Under the pieces are notes generated by a model. That model was not told the DNA's origin. It was given only the letters and a program-made list of their open reading frames with translations, and ran no database searches. The position numbers and the translations under genes were made by a program. Shown piece by piece: positions 1-13,400 of a stretch of DNA of 64,000 bases (positions are counted from its first letter, which is position 1; each line of letters begins with the position of its first letter). The DNA is taken from assembly GCF_006345805.1 (NCBI RefSeq), contig NC_042999.1:16740001-16804000 (forward strand), in the 5' to 3' direction. This stretch comes from Octopus sinensis (taxonomy: Eukaryota).

Positions 1-288
1 GAATGCGTTTGATTAATTAATAAATGAATTTGTATCCATTTGATCTCTCTGTTTTCTATCTCGATAAAATATGTTTGATATTTTACGACATTCTATTTAA
101 TATATTTATTGAAGAATTATTACTTCAAAGTTTAATTTATAAATCAATCTATCTGGGATAAGTAAACCCTAAGAGGTTTAAATATCCTCATTATGACGAT
201 ACTATTCACACAAATATAGTATATATATGTGCATATATACATACAGATATGTATATATATATTATATATATATATATATATTATATAT

Positions 289-333
<45 letters not shown>

Positions 334-366
334 CATATATATATATGTATATATACATGCATTTAT

Positions 367-540
367 ATATAGTGAGAATTTATAAAAAAACAAAAGACGA
401 AGACGGGTGTGTAAACAACAAACAGATATATTAGTTTACGCTCGGGATGTGAGAAAGTCTTTTACATTTCGAACCTATGCTCTTCGACAGAAAGGAACAC
501 AGAAATAAACAGGGAGAGAGAAAACAAGAAATGGCGAATT
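367..540 (-). mobile_element. Penelope-like terminal-repeat remnant with degenerate minimal hammerhead
   Basis: Minus strand reads ctgtcga-agagcataggttc-gaaatgtaaaag (about 457-495), then a tail (cccgagcgt...aata) resembling those of the copies at 37640-37830 and 63810-64000. Core deviates from CUGANGA. Confidence 0.55.
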
Positions 541-576
541 TTCATATACATTTATTTATATATATATTATACATAC

Positions 577-657
<81 letters not shown>

Positions 658-760
658 CTATATATAATACATAACTAGATATATATATGTATAGTTATGT
701 ATATACATATATAGTATATATTGGTATATATACATACATTAATATATAGGTATATATTGG

Positions 761-2290
761 AATTAAATTTGTTGGGACACTTTCAGAAACCTTTTCTTTG
801 GAAAATGATATAAACAGGGTCCTCTTGAAGCTCAAACACTTTTCGACATGCATTCTGTGGTAATATTGTATTCTGCTTTGCGTAACTGTGAAGAACGTAT
901 GTACAGGGGATGGACAAAATTATGGAAACACCAAGCATCATGGCATCATAATTTGAAATATGTATAAAACCGTCAAAATCTTGTTTACTTTTATGTTTTT
1001 TGATTTATTATTAGTGTTCCTTAATATGTTCTTCCAACTGTTAAAGATGGAGGAGAATCTGTAATGAACTGGGGATCTATACCTTGGAAATCCACCGGTC
1101 CAATCGTTTCCCAACATGGCAGAATTAATAGTCAAGACTATTTAAGTATTTTATCTGATCAAATTCATCCTATCGTTGCGGAACTGATTCCGGAGGGAAA
1201 CTCAATTATTCAGGATGATAATGCACCAATTCCCACTGCTAAAGATGTTACTGAATGGCACAAAGAACATTCTAGTGAGGTTGGACATCTTATCTGGCAA
1301 CCACAGTCCCCAGGTCTCAATATTACTGAACACGTAAGGAGTCGATACCTTCCACCATCATCACTACAAGAACTGGAGACTCTTTTAGCTGAAGAATGGG
1401 CAAAAATTCCTTTGGAAACAATTCAAACTTTGTACAAGTCTATACCTCGTAGAATTCAAGCTGTAATCACTGCCAAATGCGGTTCTATCCTATGTTAAAA
1501 TAAATTTGTTTGAAATTTTAAGGTGTTTCCATTATTTTGTCCAACCCCTGTACATTCTCTTTCGTTCTATTGGGAACCGCTTTATCCTCACTAGAACGAT
1601 CGGTAAGAGCGAGGTATTTGAATCTCTAATTAGACATTTCCTTTATGCCGACAACTGACAACTGTGAATTGATATTTCATAGTGAGAACAATTTAGAGAA
1701 CCTTATGAAAGCATTTGACGTCATTGGATTTACAATTATTGCTAAGACATCTATAGTAATTGATCAAACCACACCTAGGTAGGCCCTTACGTTTCCTGAA
1801 TTATATGTGATGGATAAAATGTTAACTGCAGTTGGCTCCTTTAAATTATTCGGCAGAGTGGTCAGCTCCAAAGGAAATTTGGGCATAGAAATTACATCTC
1901 GATTGAAAATACAGCAAAGTCTTGTTGTGGCCATCGGAATCGTTTGTGGGTACAACAATATTTTAAAGTCGGCACAAAAGTTTTGGTTCATCGTGCATTT
2001 GTACTATCTTCTCTTATTTTTTCATCGGAAACATGAACCACATGATATTACCAAAAGCGTCTTCGTCAAAGTCTCAGGATTAGTTGGAAATCGGTTACAC
2101 CAGATACAGAGGTTTTAGAGAAAGCAGGACACTCATTAATTCGCACCGAGAGGATTTAATACGGATGGGGAACGAGCTCATTCCTAAGTAAGTTCTGTTA
2201 TGGTGAGCAATGCTCAGGGAAGCGGAAACAATGTAACCCTTCCAGGCTCCCAAAACGAAAACGGTAGAGAGACTTGCTAAAAACCAGACT
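761..2290 (+). mobile_element. Decayed RTE-clade LINE reverse-transcriptase fragment, split by the Tc1 insertion
   Basis: Manual translation across frameshifts: SETFSLENDIKQG..AQTLF (left of Tc1); LIRHFLYADN (1638-1655, YADD-like); FKLFGRVVSSKGNLGIEITSR; YQKRLRQSLRISW..PDTEVLEKAG; IPK..YGE..GKR. These match RTE RT and thumb motifs. The frame continues across the duplicated TA (atg tac att). Confidence 0.85.
904..1550 (+). mobile_element. Internally deleted Tc1/mariner transposon with DDE C-terminal remnant (D36E spacing)
   Basis: ~29 bp TIRs (caggggatggacaaaattatggaaacacc / ggtgtttccattattttgtccaacccctg) and TA target duplication at 902-903 and 1551-1552. ORF 1064-1498 has WG..GPIV...QDDNAP...WQPQSPGLNITE...EEWAKIP...SIPRRIQAVI. 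Confidence 0.93.
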
Positions 2291-3172
2291 TAGGAAGTTG
2301 AATATACCTTACAAAGTAGTTAAATGCACTGGTCTTGTTTGAAAAGTTAATGGTGAAAATTGGTTTGGTCTGGGGTAAAATATTTTGTAGAATCAAAGCT
2401 ATGCAAAAGGTAAATGCGAACTATGGTGAAATAACACCTTGCGAAACAGAGAAATTTGGAATAAAACTTGCCTTTCTACGGCTGGTTTAATTTCATATGT
2501 GAGAACCTGTTTTCGTGTAGTTGGCCCAAGTGACAGATCATTCTGACAGATGCTCTCAAGTGCCATGCTTATAATAAGACGTAAGTCCCACGCTGCTCTA
2601 AAGATACATTTAAACATCCATAACCAAGCCATACAAGCAACACTGAACCATTTGAGGTGAGACATATCTGCACTGTTGATAATGTAAATTACAAAGCAAC
2701 TGTCGAGACCCAAAAGCCACTTGTTTATGCTTAGAAAAAAAAACATCTTACAGGAAGTGTAGAAGCTTTGAATGGGAGCAGACTACCTCTATGTATGCAT
2801 AGAAAGAGTCTTTAAATAGAGTGTGGAATTAGAAACATCAAAATCATTTCGCACGCATTTGTTGTTTTTACACAATTATGTATTATACAATGTGAAATAT
2901 TTCATTTACACCACTAAATTTTTTGTGAAGAATTTTAACGAGTCTGCAGGCTCACTAGGTGGAAGCTTATCGATGTTACCAAGGCGTAGAAAACTAGAAG
3001 CCAAGACTATTCTCCGGTTAGTATTCGAGTCCTCTGCAGTGTTATACCACTGCTACTATTAGTAATAGTTCCAGTTCAGTAGTCTGGGACAATGTAAAAT
3101 GAATTGTCTTGCTGTTGGACACAAATGTATTACTGGGTGTACGAATCAAACACATAAAACTACAATAGGGAA

Positions 3173-3850
3173 CTTAGCTTAGCTTGGTAGTCCATCGATA
3201 TACGATGGAGACATAGTCTGTGGTCTCAGCAGTCAGCGGTGTTGACGCACGTGTCTCCGTAGCCCAAAGCCTGAAACACACAGGCGCCGCGAGGTGGACA
3301 CTGGTAGTCTGTGATCGGGACTGAGAATGATGCTACCCGGGGATGTCCGTCTGTTGCGGCTGCGACCGTTGCCGACTATCCTCTTCAAAGGCAGCTACAG
3401 CAGTGGAGGCGCAATGGCCCAATGGTTAGAGCAGCGGACTCGCGGTGGGGGGATCGCAGTTTCGGTTCCCAGACCGGGTGTTGTGTGTGTTTATTGAGCG
3501 AAAACACCTAAAGTTCCACGAGGCTCCGGCGACCCTTGTTGTACTTTTTCGCTCTAACTTTCTCTCACTCTTTCTTCCTGTTTCTTGTCCTCGACTTCCT
3601 ACGCAACCGCTGAGCATTCATCCATCCGTCGATGCTCTCAGTGTCGGGGGTTTACCTGCTTTCTCTTCTGCGGAACTTACGAATAGCAAAAGACAACGTT
3701 TCGGACTTGTCCCACTACAGACAATCCTGAGGCGCGATCTTGCGAGCTCTGGGACGAAGACCGCTTCGCTCAACAAACAAACAAACAAGCAGCTACAGCA
3801 GTGTAGGTGTTTGAGGAACACCCTAACACCTTGACTGCCGGTCTTCATTT
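3173..3850 (-). mobile_element. RTE-clade LINE 3' end, interrupted by a SINE
   Basis: Minus strand gives EDRQS(W)R..FEED and, after a frameshift, CP..GRLCVSGFGLRRHVRQHR* (C2H2-like RTE C-terminus). Short 3' UTR with hairpin ccatcg-tatat-cgatgg and (ctaag)n tail. Confidence 0.7.
3406..3788 (+). mobile_element. tRNA-Arg-headed SINE (OR-like head, tail type 3)
   Basis: A-box tggcccaatgg, tcg anticodon-like loop, degenerate B-box. (caaa)n tail. Perfect 15 bp TSD gcagctacagcagtg at 3391-3405 and 3789-3803. Confidence 0.88.
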
Positions 3851-4406
3851 TCTATATAATATTATGGTAAAAACATTTGATAAAGGTTTTCATATATAAC
3901 AATTCAGTGAGCTTTTTGAAATTAGATAATATTTAATAACAGAAATCAAGATATATCCGCAGGGCACCCTCACCTCCACCAGTCTTGTTGAAATAACATT
4001 CGAGATTTTCTCTTCTTTAATTTACTTAATATCTAAAGATTTCTAACAGAAGAAGGAGAAAAAAAGAAATATTCATATTTCAAACGTCTAATAAAATCTT
4101 AAGCTAACATATTTTCTATTTCTAAAATCTTTATGGCAACAACACAACACATTTCATCCATCTGTAATCTGGACCCCTGTTATCATATATCATATGTCTA
4201 AAATTTAGCAAGAATCTGCCAACAGATTTCTAAAACTTTTGATCCTTATGCCAAAACATTTGATGTTTTTAACTTTGATTCATGATCTCCATTCTTGGTG
4301 TTTCACTTTAAATAAACTATCAAATTGGCATTTGAATAATGCTTGTCTGACACGGCTCTTCAATGACAAACCTGGAGTCATGGGTATACGAACACACACA
4401 CACACA

Positions 4407-4438
<32 letters not shown>

Positions 4439-4705
4439 TACACACACACACACGCACACACACACACACAAATACACCCATATTATATATATACACATGA
4501 GCATACGTGCTACGTATGACTATATATGAATGACCTGGGTGTGCGTATTTGTATTCCTGTATATATATATGTATATATATTTAGAAGCAGGGTCGTATGT
4601 ATTATATGTAATTATATATATATATATATATTATATATATATATATATACATATATATAATACATATATATATAATACACACACACACACACCACACACA
4701 CCACA

Positions 4706-4753
<48 letters not shown>

Positions 4754-4973
4754 TAAGATATATATATAATATATGTATGTATGTATATGACTATATAACT
4801 ATCTATCTGTCTGTCTGCTGGCTTTTCTGTCTATCTATCTATCTAGCTAGCTATTATATATATATAATGTGTATATACATACATACGTAATATATATACA
4901 TATACATAAATATATATACATATACATACATATATACATACATACATACATGCATACATACATACTACATACA

Positions 4974-5033
<60 letters not shown>

Positions 5034-5858
5034 CACACACATATTTGTACACCTACATTCACTGCAATAAGGAAGGCAAAGAGGAGAGGTGGAGTTGAAA
5101 TAAGCATAGAAAACATCAAGAGAGAGAGAGAGAGAGAGAGAGGGAGACGGAGAGAAAGAAAGAGAGAGAGAGAGAAAAGGGAGAGAGAGAGTTCATGTCA
5201 TACAGAAACTGATAACATATCACTTGAGACATAATTTGATTAATTAAAGTTCAGAACCTATTGATTAAATCAAATGTAGATAACCATTTCGTTATGGGAA
5301 CATTATTGATAGTGAAACAAGATATATTTTGTTCAGTATAATTTTCACATATACGCAGAGCGAGGATATTTCTGCAAGCTTTCGTAGCATGACGTTGCAG
5401 CCGTGTAAGTAGTATAGTTTCCATGGTGATAGCAGCGCAGGCTTGTCAATGATAATGTAGAAAAATCATAAGGTCAATCCCAATTCAGAACTGATTTATA
5501 TACGCATTTTTGTAGCCGCTGTTGTTTTTATTTTCGGTTTTCTACAATACAACAATGTGAAAGTGAAAGTGAAACTGGAAGCAGTGGTATTGTATCCCAC
5601 TTAACTAAAATTAGTGTTGCGAGGAGGTAACATTAGTATGTACCTATCAGATACTGTACAATATAAACCCATCTACTGGAGGCTTTTCCCCTTGTTGCCA
5701 TTCTCAATTTATATTATTCAATGCGTAACAGGAACTCAGATAGTGTTGGATGCTCTCATGGGATTATTATGAATAGCTTAACGAATCAATACGTAAAGCT
5801 CTTAAAAGGAATCCAATGCAGTTATTTTATACTCATGAAAATCTCCCTCTCTCTCTCT

Positions 5859-6445
<587 letters not shown>

Positions 6446-6454
6446 ATCTATCTA

Positions 6455-6529
<75 letters not shown>

Positions 6530-6530
6530 A

Positions 6531-6589
<59 letters not shown>

Positions 6590-6939
6590 ATATCTATCTA
6601 ACGATATTTTATTTATCTGTTACCTAACTCTCTCTCTCTCTCGATCTATGTCTGTCGCCTTGTTTCCCTGTATTTGTGCCTAAATATATATGAATATTTT
6701 ACTGCTTCTTTCGGTGTTCAAGGTTTAGTCGAACAAATCGAATCTAAAACTTCTTTTGTAAATCTCGTGCTAATCCAAACGCTAGGTTATGGGGACGCAA
6801 ACAAAATGTATCTGATTTCAAGCAATGGTGGGTACAAACACTATACAAAAACAGACACAGGCCTATCGATACACTCACACACACATACATACCACATTAT
6901 CCAGGAGCAAGCTTAACGACACAGCCTCGTTTGTAAGTG

Positions 6940-7006
<67 letters not shown>

Positions 7007-7016
7007 TATAATATAT

Positions 7017-7134
7017 ATCACGTTGATCACGTGACCGACCAGACCATCAGATGTTGTTACACACCGCTGGTCACAATGCGTTCGCATTGTTTTAGCCTTC
7101 GAATGACACCACACCCGCTGCTAAGCGAGCAGGC
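7017..7134 (-). mobile_element. 3' tail fragment of OR-like SINE (tail type 1)
   Basis: Matches 44874-44995 (cacgtgaccgaccag..catcagatg...gctaagcgagcaggc). Confidence 0.8.
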
Positions 7135-7451
7135 AATATTTACATATAATAGAAATATTGAAAAAAAACAAACAATAATATACCGATGATTAAGTAAATT
7201 GCAAAATAATAATAAAAGCGTTTTATCATGGCTACCGAATAATTGTCTCATATTACATTTACAGATATATATATATATATATATATAATATATATATATA
7301 TAGATATATATATATATATACAATAATATGTTACATTACTCGATAGTCAAGATAATCGAGTAATGTAATGTATTATTGTATAGATAAATGTCCTCTATTT
7401 ACATAATATTGAGGTCTCTTTCTTTCTTTTGTTATCTTACCGTTTAAACAA

Positions 7452-7490
<39 letters not shown>

Positions 7491-7550
7491 ATATTATAAT
7501 ACATATAATACATATATATATATATAATATATATAATACATATATATATA

Positions 7551-7765
7551 TATCTGTAAATGTAATATGAGACAATTATTCGGTAGCCATGATAAAACTC
7601 CTAGTTTCGGATGCCGAGGTGGAAATCTACGCCGCCATCTCTTCAGTTATCCGGTCATCGGACATGGCTACCGAATAATTGTCACGTATTACATTTACAG
7701 ATAAATTCCTCTATTTACATAATATCGAGGTCTCTTTCTTTCTTTTTTATCTTACCATTTTTAAT
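7551..7765. mobile_element. Penelope-like inverted terminal-repeat pair
   Basis: Minus-strand arm 7551-7651 contains a hammerhead. The plus arm from ~7663 repeats catggctaccgaataattgtc...ttacatttacagata. Another plus copy lies at 7222-7450. Confidence 0.7.
7591..7651 (-). ncRNA. Type-I hammerhead ribozyme motif (complete)
   Basis: gataa-CTGAAGA-gatggcgg..tcggcatcc-GAAA-ctaggagt-T-ttatc: stem I gataa/ttatc, stem II gatg/catc, GUU triplet. Confidence 0.65.
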
Positions 7766-8609
7766 ATATATATATACATATATCAGAGGCGACGCCAAGT
7801 CATCAGTGTCAATCACGCCCGTCACAGAATTCGCATAAGAGACATACTTGCTCGAAGAATATCTTTCTCCATATCTAAGTTAGGGGTAAAAATAAAGCAA
7901 CACTAAACAACACAGCTAATATTTACACACAGACGTACAGAAAAGCAGAAATTAAATAACAACAGCAAAATGAACGGCAAACACCAGCAATCTGACTGTC
8001 ACCTGTACTCTGGCAAGAGATGGCAATTTGACTTTTACATCCGCCAGGCTCGTTCGTATCAGCCCGATTTGCCGGATAATTTTTCGATACTTTAAGAATA
8101 TTGTTGAACGGAAACTTTTCATAGATTGGAATTTAAACCCTAATCCCTGTAGAAATAGTTTGTTTCAAGAAAACATTGAATTTGAATTACTGTTTTACGG
8201 GCTGTAACTTCTGAGCGCGAGTCAGGCGCGTGTGAACAACGTCGAGAGAACGTCTGCTCCGAATAATATTTGTTGACACAGGGCATCTAGTACGACTGCC
8301 AGATGGTGAATGAAAATTAATGAACAGCGACCAGGCTCAATAAAAGGAGTTCGAGTTATTGGCTGCAATTAGACACTTGAAGCCAGTGTTGGCAGAAATT
8401 AAAACAGATTGCAAATACACATTCATTTTACTAAATTTATACTCGGGCTAATCCCAAACAGCCCGAGCGCCAGAGTCGACACTGATATATATATATAAAT
8501 TTAAATGTATAATGAGGTTGAGAAATTTTATATTAATTTAATTAATATCAATTTCACACCAGTGATCTAGCATATAAAAAAACTGAAGGTTCAGTAAATT
8601 TGTATTATT

Positions 8610-8734
8610 TACATATGAGAGGGAAACCACTATGTGGATGCCCTTATGCTAGAAGTAGATCCACTATGGTCTTACCACTAAGAGATGTTCTTAAGCAAAA
8701 GGGCATCCACGTAGAGGTTTCCCTCTCATATGTA
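8610..8734. repeat. 125 bp hairpin (MITE-like foldback)
   Basis: tacatatgagagggaaaccactatgtggatgccctt pairs with aagggcatccacgtagaggtttccctctcatatgta with 2 differences; TA flanks. Confidence 0.85.
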
Positions 8735-8819
8735 TATATATATATATATTATATATATAATAATATATTTCTATTGTTTCTAGAAAAAAAACACCTTTTA
8801 TCAATTCAAAATGAACAAA

Positions 8820-9115
8820 TAAATTACACATTCTAGAAAATTACATATAATAGAAATATTGAAAATAATAAAAAAACAATAATATACCGATGATTAAGTA
8901 AATTGCAAAATAATAATAAAAGCGTATATATTTGGTAGAATAACGGCACGTGTTTCGTGGCTATATTTAAGAAATGATTATAGTAAGAAAAATTAATAGT
9001 AGTAAAATCACTTCGATATAAATATAGCCCCTCATCAGGTTAAAAATAAAATAGTATTTCTAAATTGAATTTTTCCCTGTAAGTTAGGAATAATATTCCC
9101 ACTAATTATTATTAT
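8820..9115. mobile_element. Penelope-like remnant: minus-strand hammerhead (8941-9042) plus plus-strand tail
   Basis: taac-CTGATGA-ggggctatattta...taaatatagccac-GAAA-cacgtg-cc-gtta (GUC mutated to GCC). The tail ttccct(g/a)taa(g/a)tt.gga..tatt recurs at ~31640 and ~51235. Confidence 0.65.
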
Positions 9116-9134
9116 ATATATATACATATATACT

Positions 9135-9176
<42 letters not shown>

Positions 9177-9359
9177 ACTTAGATAAACTTAGATATGTTT
9201 CGACCAAAGATTGGTCCAGGCCATGTCTAACTTAATAGCACCACCTGATAGGATTATTTGAATCCTATTTAAGTCAAGTTTTGTTTATGGCCCATTCAAG
9301 TAGTGAGTTTTTGTTGGGTGAGTTGTATCCAATTATAGGTGGCTTATCTGGTATTCTTT

Positions 9360-9527
9360 GAAGGTCATGCGCTATCTATCTTGATATGAGATTACCATAT
9401 CGCGCACATATGGTTGTGATGCATGTGCCTTGTGTACCCTTATCAGACGGGTAGTCATGATGGGTATACTGGGCTTCGTATATTTTACCCCGTTATCACT
9501 TTGATGGCGTGCACTGCTCTCTCACTC

Positions 9528-9530
<3 letters not shown>
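9360..9530 (+). mobile_element. 5'-truncated copy of the ~560 bp (TAA)n-associated retroposon
   Basis: Homologous to the reverse complement of 58467-58660 and 59104-59260. Ends ctctctcactc(aat)n. Confidence 0.8.
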
Positions 9531-9583
<53 letters not shown>

Positions 9584-10058
9584 TAATAATAATAATCATC
9601 ATAATAATAATAATAATAATAACAATGATAATAATAATATTATTATTCTTTTTCTTATGAGTGACAGAGCATATAAAATACTATTTCACATGTTCTCGAT
9701 ACGTTATTTCGGCCTTCTTATGTGCTCATCAGAACAATACAACTTGGGATGAAGAAATTAGTTGATCTATGCTAATTTACAATCTTTAGGAATTACCTAC
9801 AATCAATTTTCTTTGATATATCTATATATATTCATATGTAGATAAATACATAGAGGCATTTATATATATATATATATATAGATATATATATATATATCGA
9901 TGTTTAGTTTTAGGTCAATTTAAAAAAATACTCAGAACTTTCGAGTAGAGTATTTATTTATTAACTTTTCGGAGAAAAGGGTTGACGCTAATTTTCGACG
10001 GTTTGATATAGGAAAATAAAAAGGCGAAATTCCGAACTGACTGTTATGATACATACAT

Positions 10059-10091
<33 letters not shown>

Positions 10092-11349
10092 CAACACACA
10101 AAACACACACGCACGCACACACACACACACACACGCACACACACAACACACACACACACATATATATATATATTTATATACACATCCTTGTTTACCCGTA
10201 TGTTATGTATGCATATAAGTAAGTATTCATATGTATTTTATACACACACACACACTTACACACATGCACCCCTCTCTCTCACACACACATATATATATAT
10301 ACTGATGGTGCTTCTCTTTGTAAAAAGGCTATATTGGCCAACGGAATATAATTTGTCATTTACGACAGAATCCATAATTCCGTTTCCTTATTTCCTCAGA
10401 ATACATTCACTCACTGCAACACCGTCTCTCCGCTCATTAGCTCTTCAGAGCATTGTTGCATTGCTACCATTCATATCACGCCTCTGTATTCTGCATCCTC
10501 ATCCACGACCTGTTTCTTTTGTCCTCCCAATATCTCCTTTGTGATCAAACTATCGGCATTTTTATGCTAATTAACTTCGGTCACAAATATTATTTACGCC
10601 TACTCAAAAGAAAATTCTATGACAGCAAGAATTAATTCTTCGTGATATATCTCTTTTTTTTTTTCTTCTATTCTACTAGATTTCGATATTCAATGTCTCA
10701 AAATAGTTCAAATTGAATTCAACGTCAAGGTGAAAATAAGAATTAAGACATTGAAAATTTTAAAATATTCTTATTCATTGTGACTCACCGACAATATAAC
10801 AATGTGCCTAACATTTGACAATTATGAAAGCGATGTAAAAGATTTTAGCATGCTGAGGAATCTCTCACTCACTCTCACTCACTCTCTCTTTCTCTCCCTT
10901 CCCTGTATCTCTTTCTCTACTTCTCTCTTTCTCCATCTGTGCGTGCGTGTGATTCTGTCTGTCTCATTTGCTCTCTATAAATATTCATATATACATACAT
11001 ACACACACATATATACATGCATACATACATACATACACATTCACGCACATATATTTATATATGTATATATGTATGTACTTACGTATGTATGTGTGTATGT
11101 GTATGTATATATATTTATATATGTGTACGCAATTATAACTACATATATAAATATATATGTGTGAATATATATATATTTGTATACACGCATATATATATAC
11201 ATATATATATGTATACAATAATATTATGTACATCTATATATTATATATATATATATATGTATGTATATATATATATACATATATATATGTATAAATATAA
11301 TATATACATACACACACACATTTATATATATCTATATTAAATATATCTA

Positions 11350-11552
11350 TAATTATAAAAATATGGTAAAGTAAAAAAATTCAATTTACTTCCACACACC
11401 GAACTTTTCAGAAATAGCAGCCAAAAATATGGCTATTCTTCAACTGCAAATAAAAGTCTCCATGAAGAAATAGCCATATTTTTGGCTTGCTATTTTGAAA
11501 AGTCGGTGTGTGGTAAAGTGAATTTTTTACTTTACCATATTTTTATAAATTA
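11350..11552. repeat. ~200 bp palindrome of Penelope-like tail sequence
   Basis: ~90 bp arms with a ~20 nt spacer. The motif ccaca(c/t)accgaa..gaaatagcag..caaa..gctatt.cttc is shared with 23142-23327 and 37860-37920. Confidence 0.8.
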
Positions 11553-11748
11553 ATACTTCAAATACACCGTATAATGGTCTTTAATACCGAATACTGCTGG
11601 TCGAATTTATTAACAATAATTAATTCTACCCCCTTTTTTGATGTAAATATAATATATATATATATATATATATAATTATATATATATTATATAGATATAT
11701 ATAAATGTGTGTGTGTAGTATAATATTATTTATACATATATATATGTA

Positions 11749-11781
<33 letters not shown>

Positions 11782-11806
11782 TATATATATATATACTATA
11801 TATATA

Positions 11807-11843
<37 letters not shown>

Positions 11844-12295
11844 TACATATATATATATATATACATGCATTCAATCAATACCTTACCAAGAAGAATAGAG
11901 AATTATACATTTTCAGAACTTAATTACGAAAGTATTGTTTTCATAAAATTTCAATCTGACACGTCTTACTGCTGGATAGGTATCCTCGTATGCTTGGCTG
12001 ATTGTTTTACCATCACATTAAACAATGCATCGAGTACTAATTTGATTAGATATTTAAAAATTTGACTAATGATAAAGAGGAATCCAAACAGCGCGTGTGT
12101 TGCAATATTTTTGGTGTAATGACACTCTCAAGACACGATAATATGTGTGTGTGGGAAAAAGCTTGGTTTCCAGTCACATTCTTCCGAGTTTAGTCCCACT
12201 GCATGGTACCTTGGGCAAGTGATTTTTACTATAGCCTCAAGCCGACTAAAGCCACGTGAGTTGATTTGGTAGATGGAAACTGAAAGAAACACGTC

Positions 12296-12338
<43 letters not shown>

Positions 12339-12555
12339 CTATATATATATGTTTATGTGTGTGTTGTGTCTCCGTTTCTCCCTCACATCATTGCTTGGTA
12401 TGTTTACGTTGCCGTAAGGTTAACAGTTCGACAAAAGAAACCGATAAAATAAGCATCAATTGAACAATGAGGTCAATGTAATCGACGTATGCCTCCATAA
12501 AAATTGCTGGCCTTGTGTCAAAATGTAAAATAAATATTAGGGAAAAAAATTTAAC

Positions 12556-12770
12556 TAATGCAGCGAGATTGGCAGAATCGTTAGCAAGCTTTGCAAAATG
12601 CCTAGCGGTATTTCGTCCATGTTCTGTGTTCAAATTCCGCCGAAGTCTACATTGCTTTTTATCTTTTCAGGGTTGTTAAAATTAGAACCAGGTGAATACA
12701 GTAGTCGATGTAATCAACTAAGCCCCTCCCCCAAACTTGCTGGCGTTGTGCCAAAATTTGAAACCAATAA
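12556..12770 (+). mobile_element. tRNA-headed SINE family 2 (long A-box to B-box spacer), diverged copy
   Basis: tggcagaatcgttagc...gttcaaattccgccgaagtc...ttt.atc.tttc.ggg. More diverged copies at about 18440-18625(-), 19430-20000(+), 28225-28400(-), 32755-33150(+), 41865-42170(+), 46440-46820(-), 59840-59960(-), 61790-62350(-). Confidence 0.75.
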
Positions 12771-12832
12771 TAAATATAAAATTATTTTCTAAGAGACTTC
12801 AATTCAAAACATTCAAAATAGTAAATTATTAT

Positions 12833-13400
12833 ACTATTTACTCTTTTACTTGTTTCAGTTATTTGACTGCGGCCATGCTGGAGCACCACCTTTAGTCGAT
12901 CAAATTGACCCCAGGATTTATTCTTTGTAAGCCTAGTACTTATTCTATCGGTCTCTTTTGCCGAACCGCTAAGTTACGGGGGACATAGACACACCAGCAT
13001 TGGTTTTCAAACGATGTTGGGACACACACACACACACACACTTATATATACATATATACGACGGGCTTCTTTCAGTTTCTATCTAGCAAATCCACTCACA
13101 AAGCTTTGGTCGGCCTGAGGGTATAGTAGAAGGCACTTTCCCAAGGTGCCACGCAGTGGAACTGAACCCGGAACCATGTGGTTGGTTGGCAAGTTACTTT
13201 ATTTCATTAAATTTGTCATGAAGACAGTACATATATTGGGTAGCTTTGCGGGCTGGACAACACATTAATGAATGAAAATGAAATAAAATGAATAAATGAG
13301 AAACGAAACCCAACACCCGCCGATTGGATTTTTCTCGAAAACATATTCTCTTTTTTAAAAAATCAAGCTACTTACCACACAGCCACTCCTGCGCATATAT
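12833..13400 (-). mobile_element. CORE-like tRNA SINE family 3, interrupted by a 165 bp insert
   Basis: Head (gcgcaggagtggctgtgtggtaag...ggttcagtcccac), CORE-like ccttgg(g)aaagtg, internal TA/TG repeat, tail ccagcatggccgcagtcaaataactgaaac-(aagtaaaaga)n. Confidence 0.85.

Noticed and set aside
2399-2746. 115 aa minus-strand ORF in unique sequence
   Set aside because: No recognisable domain or splice context; length is compatible with chance.
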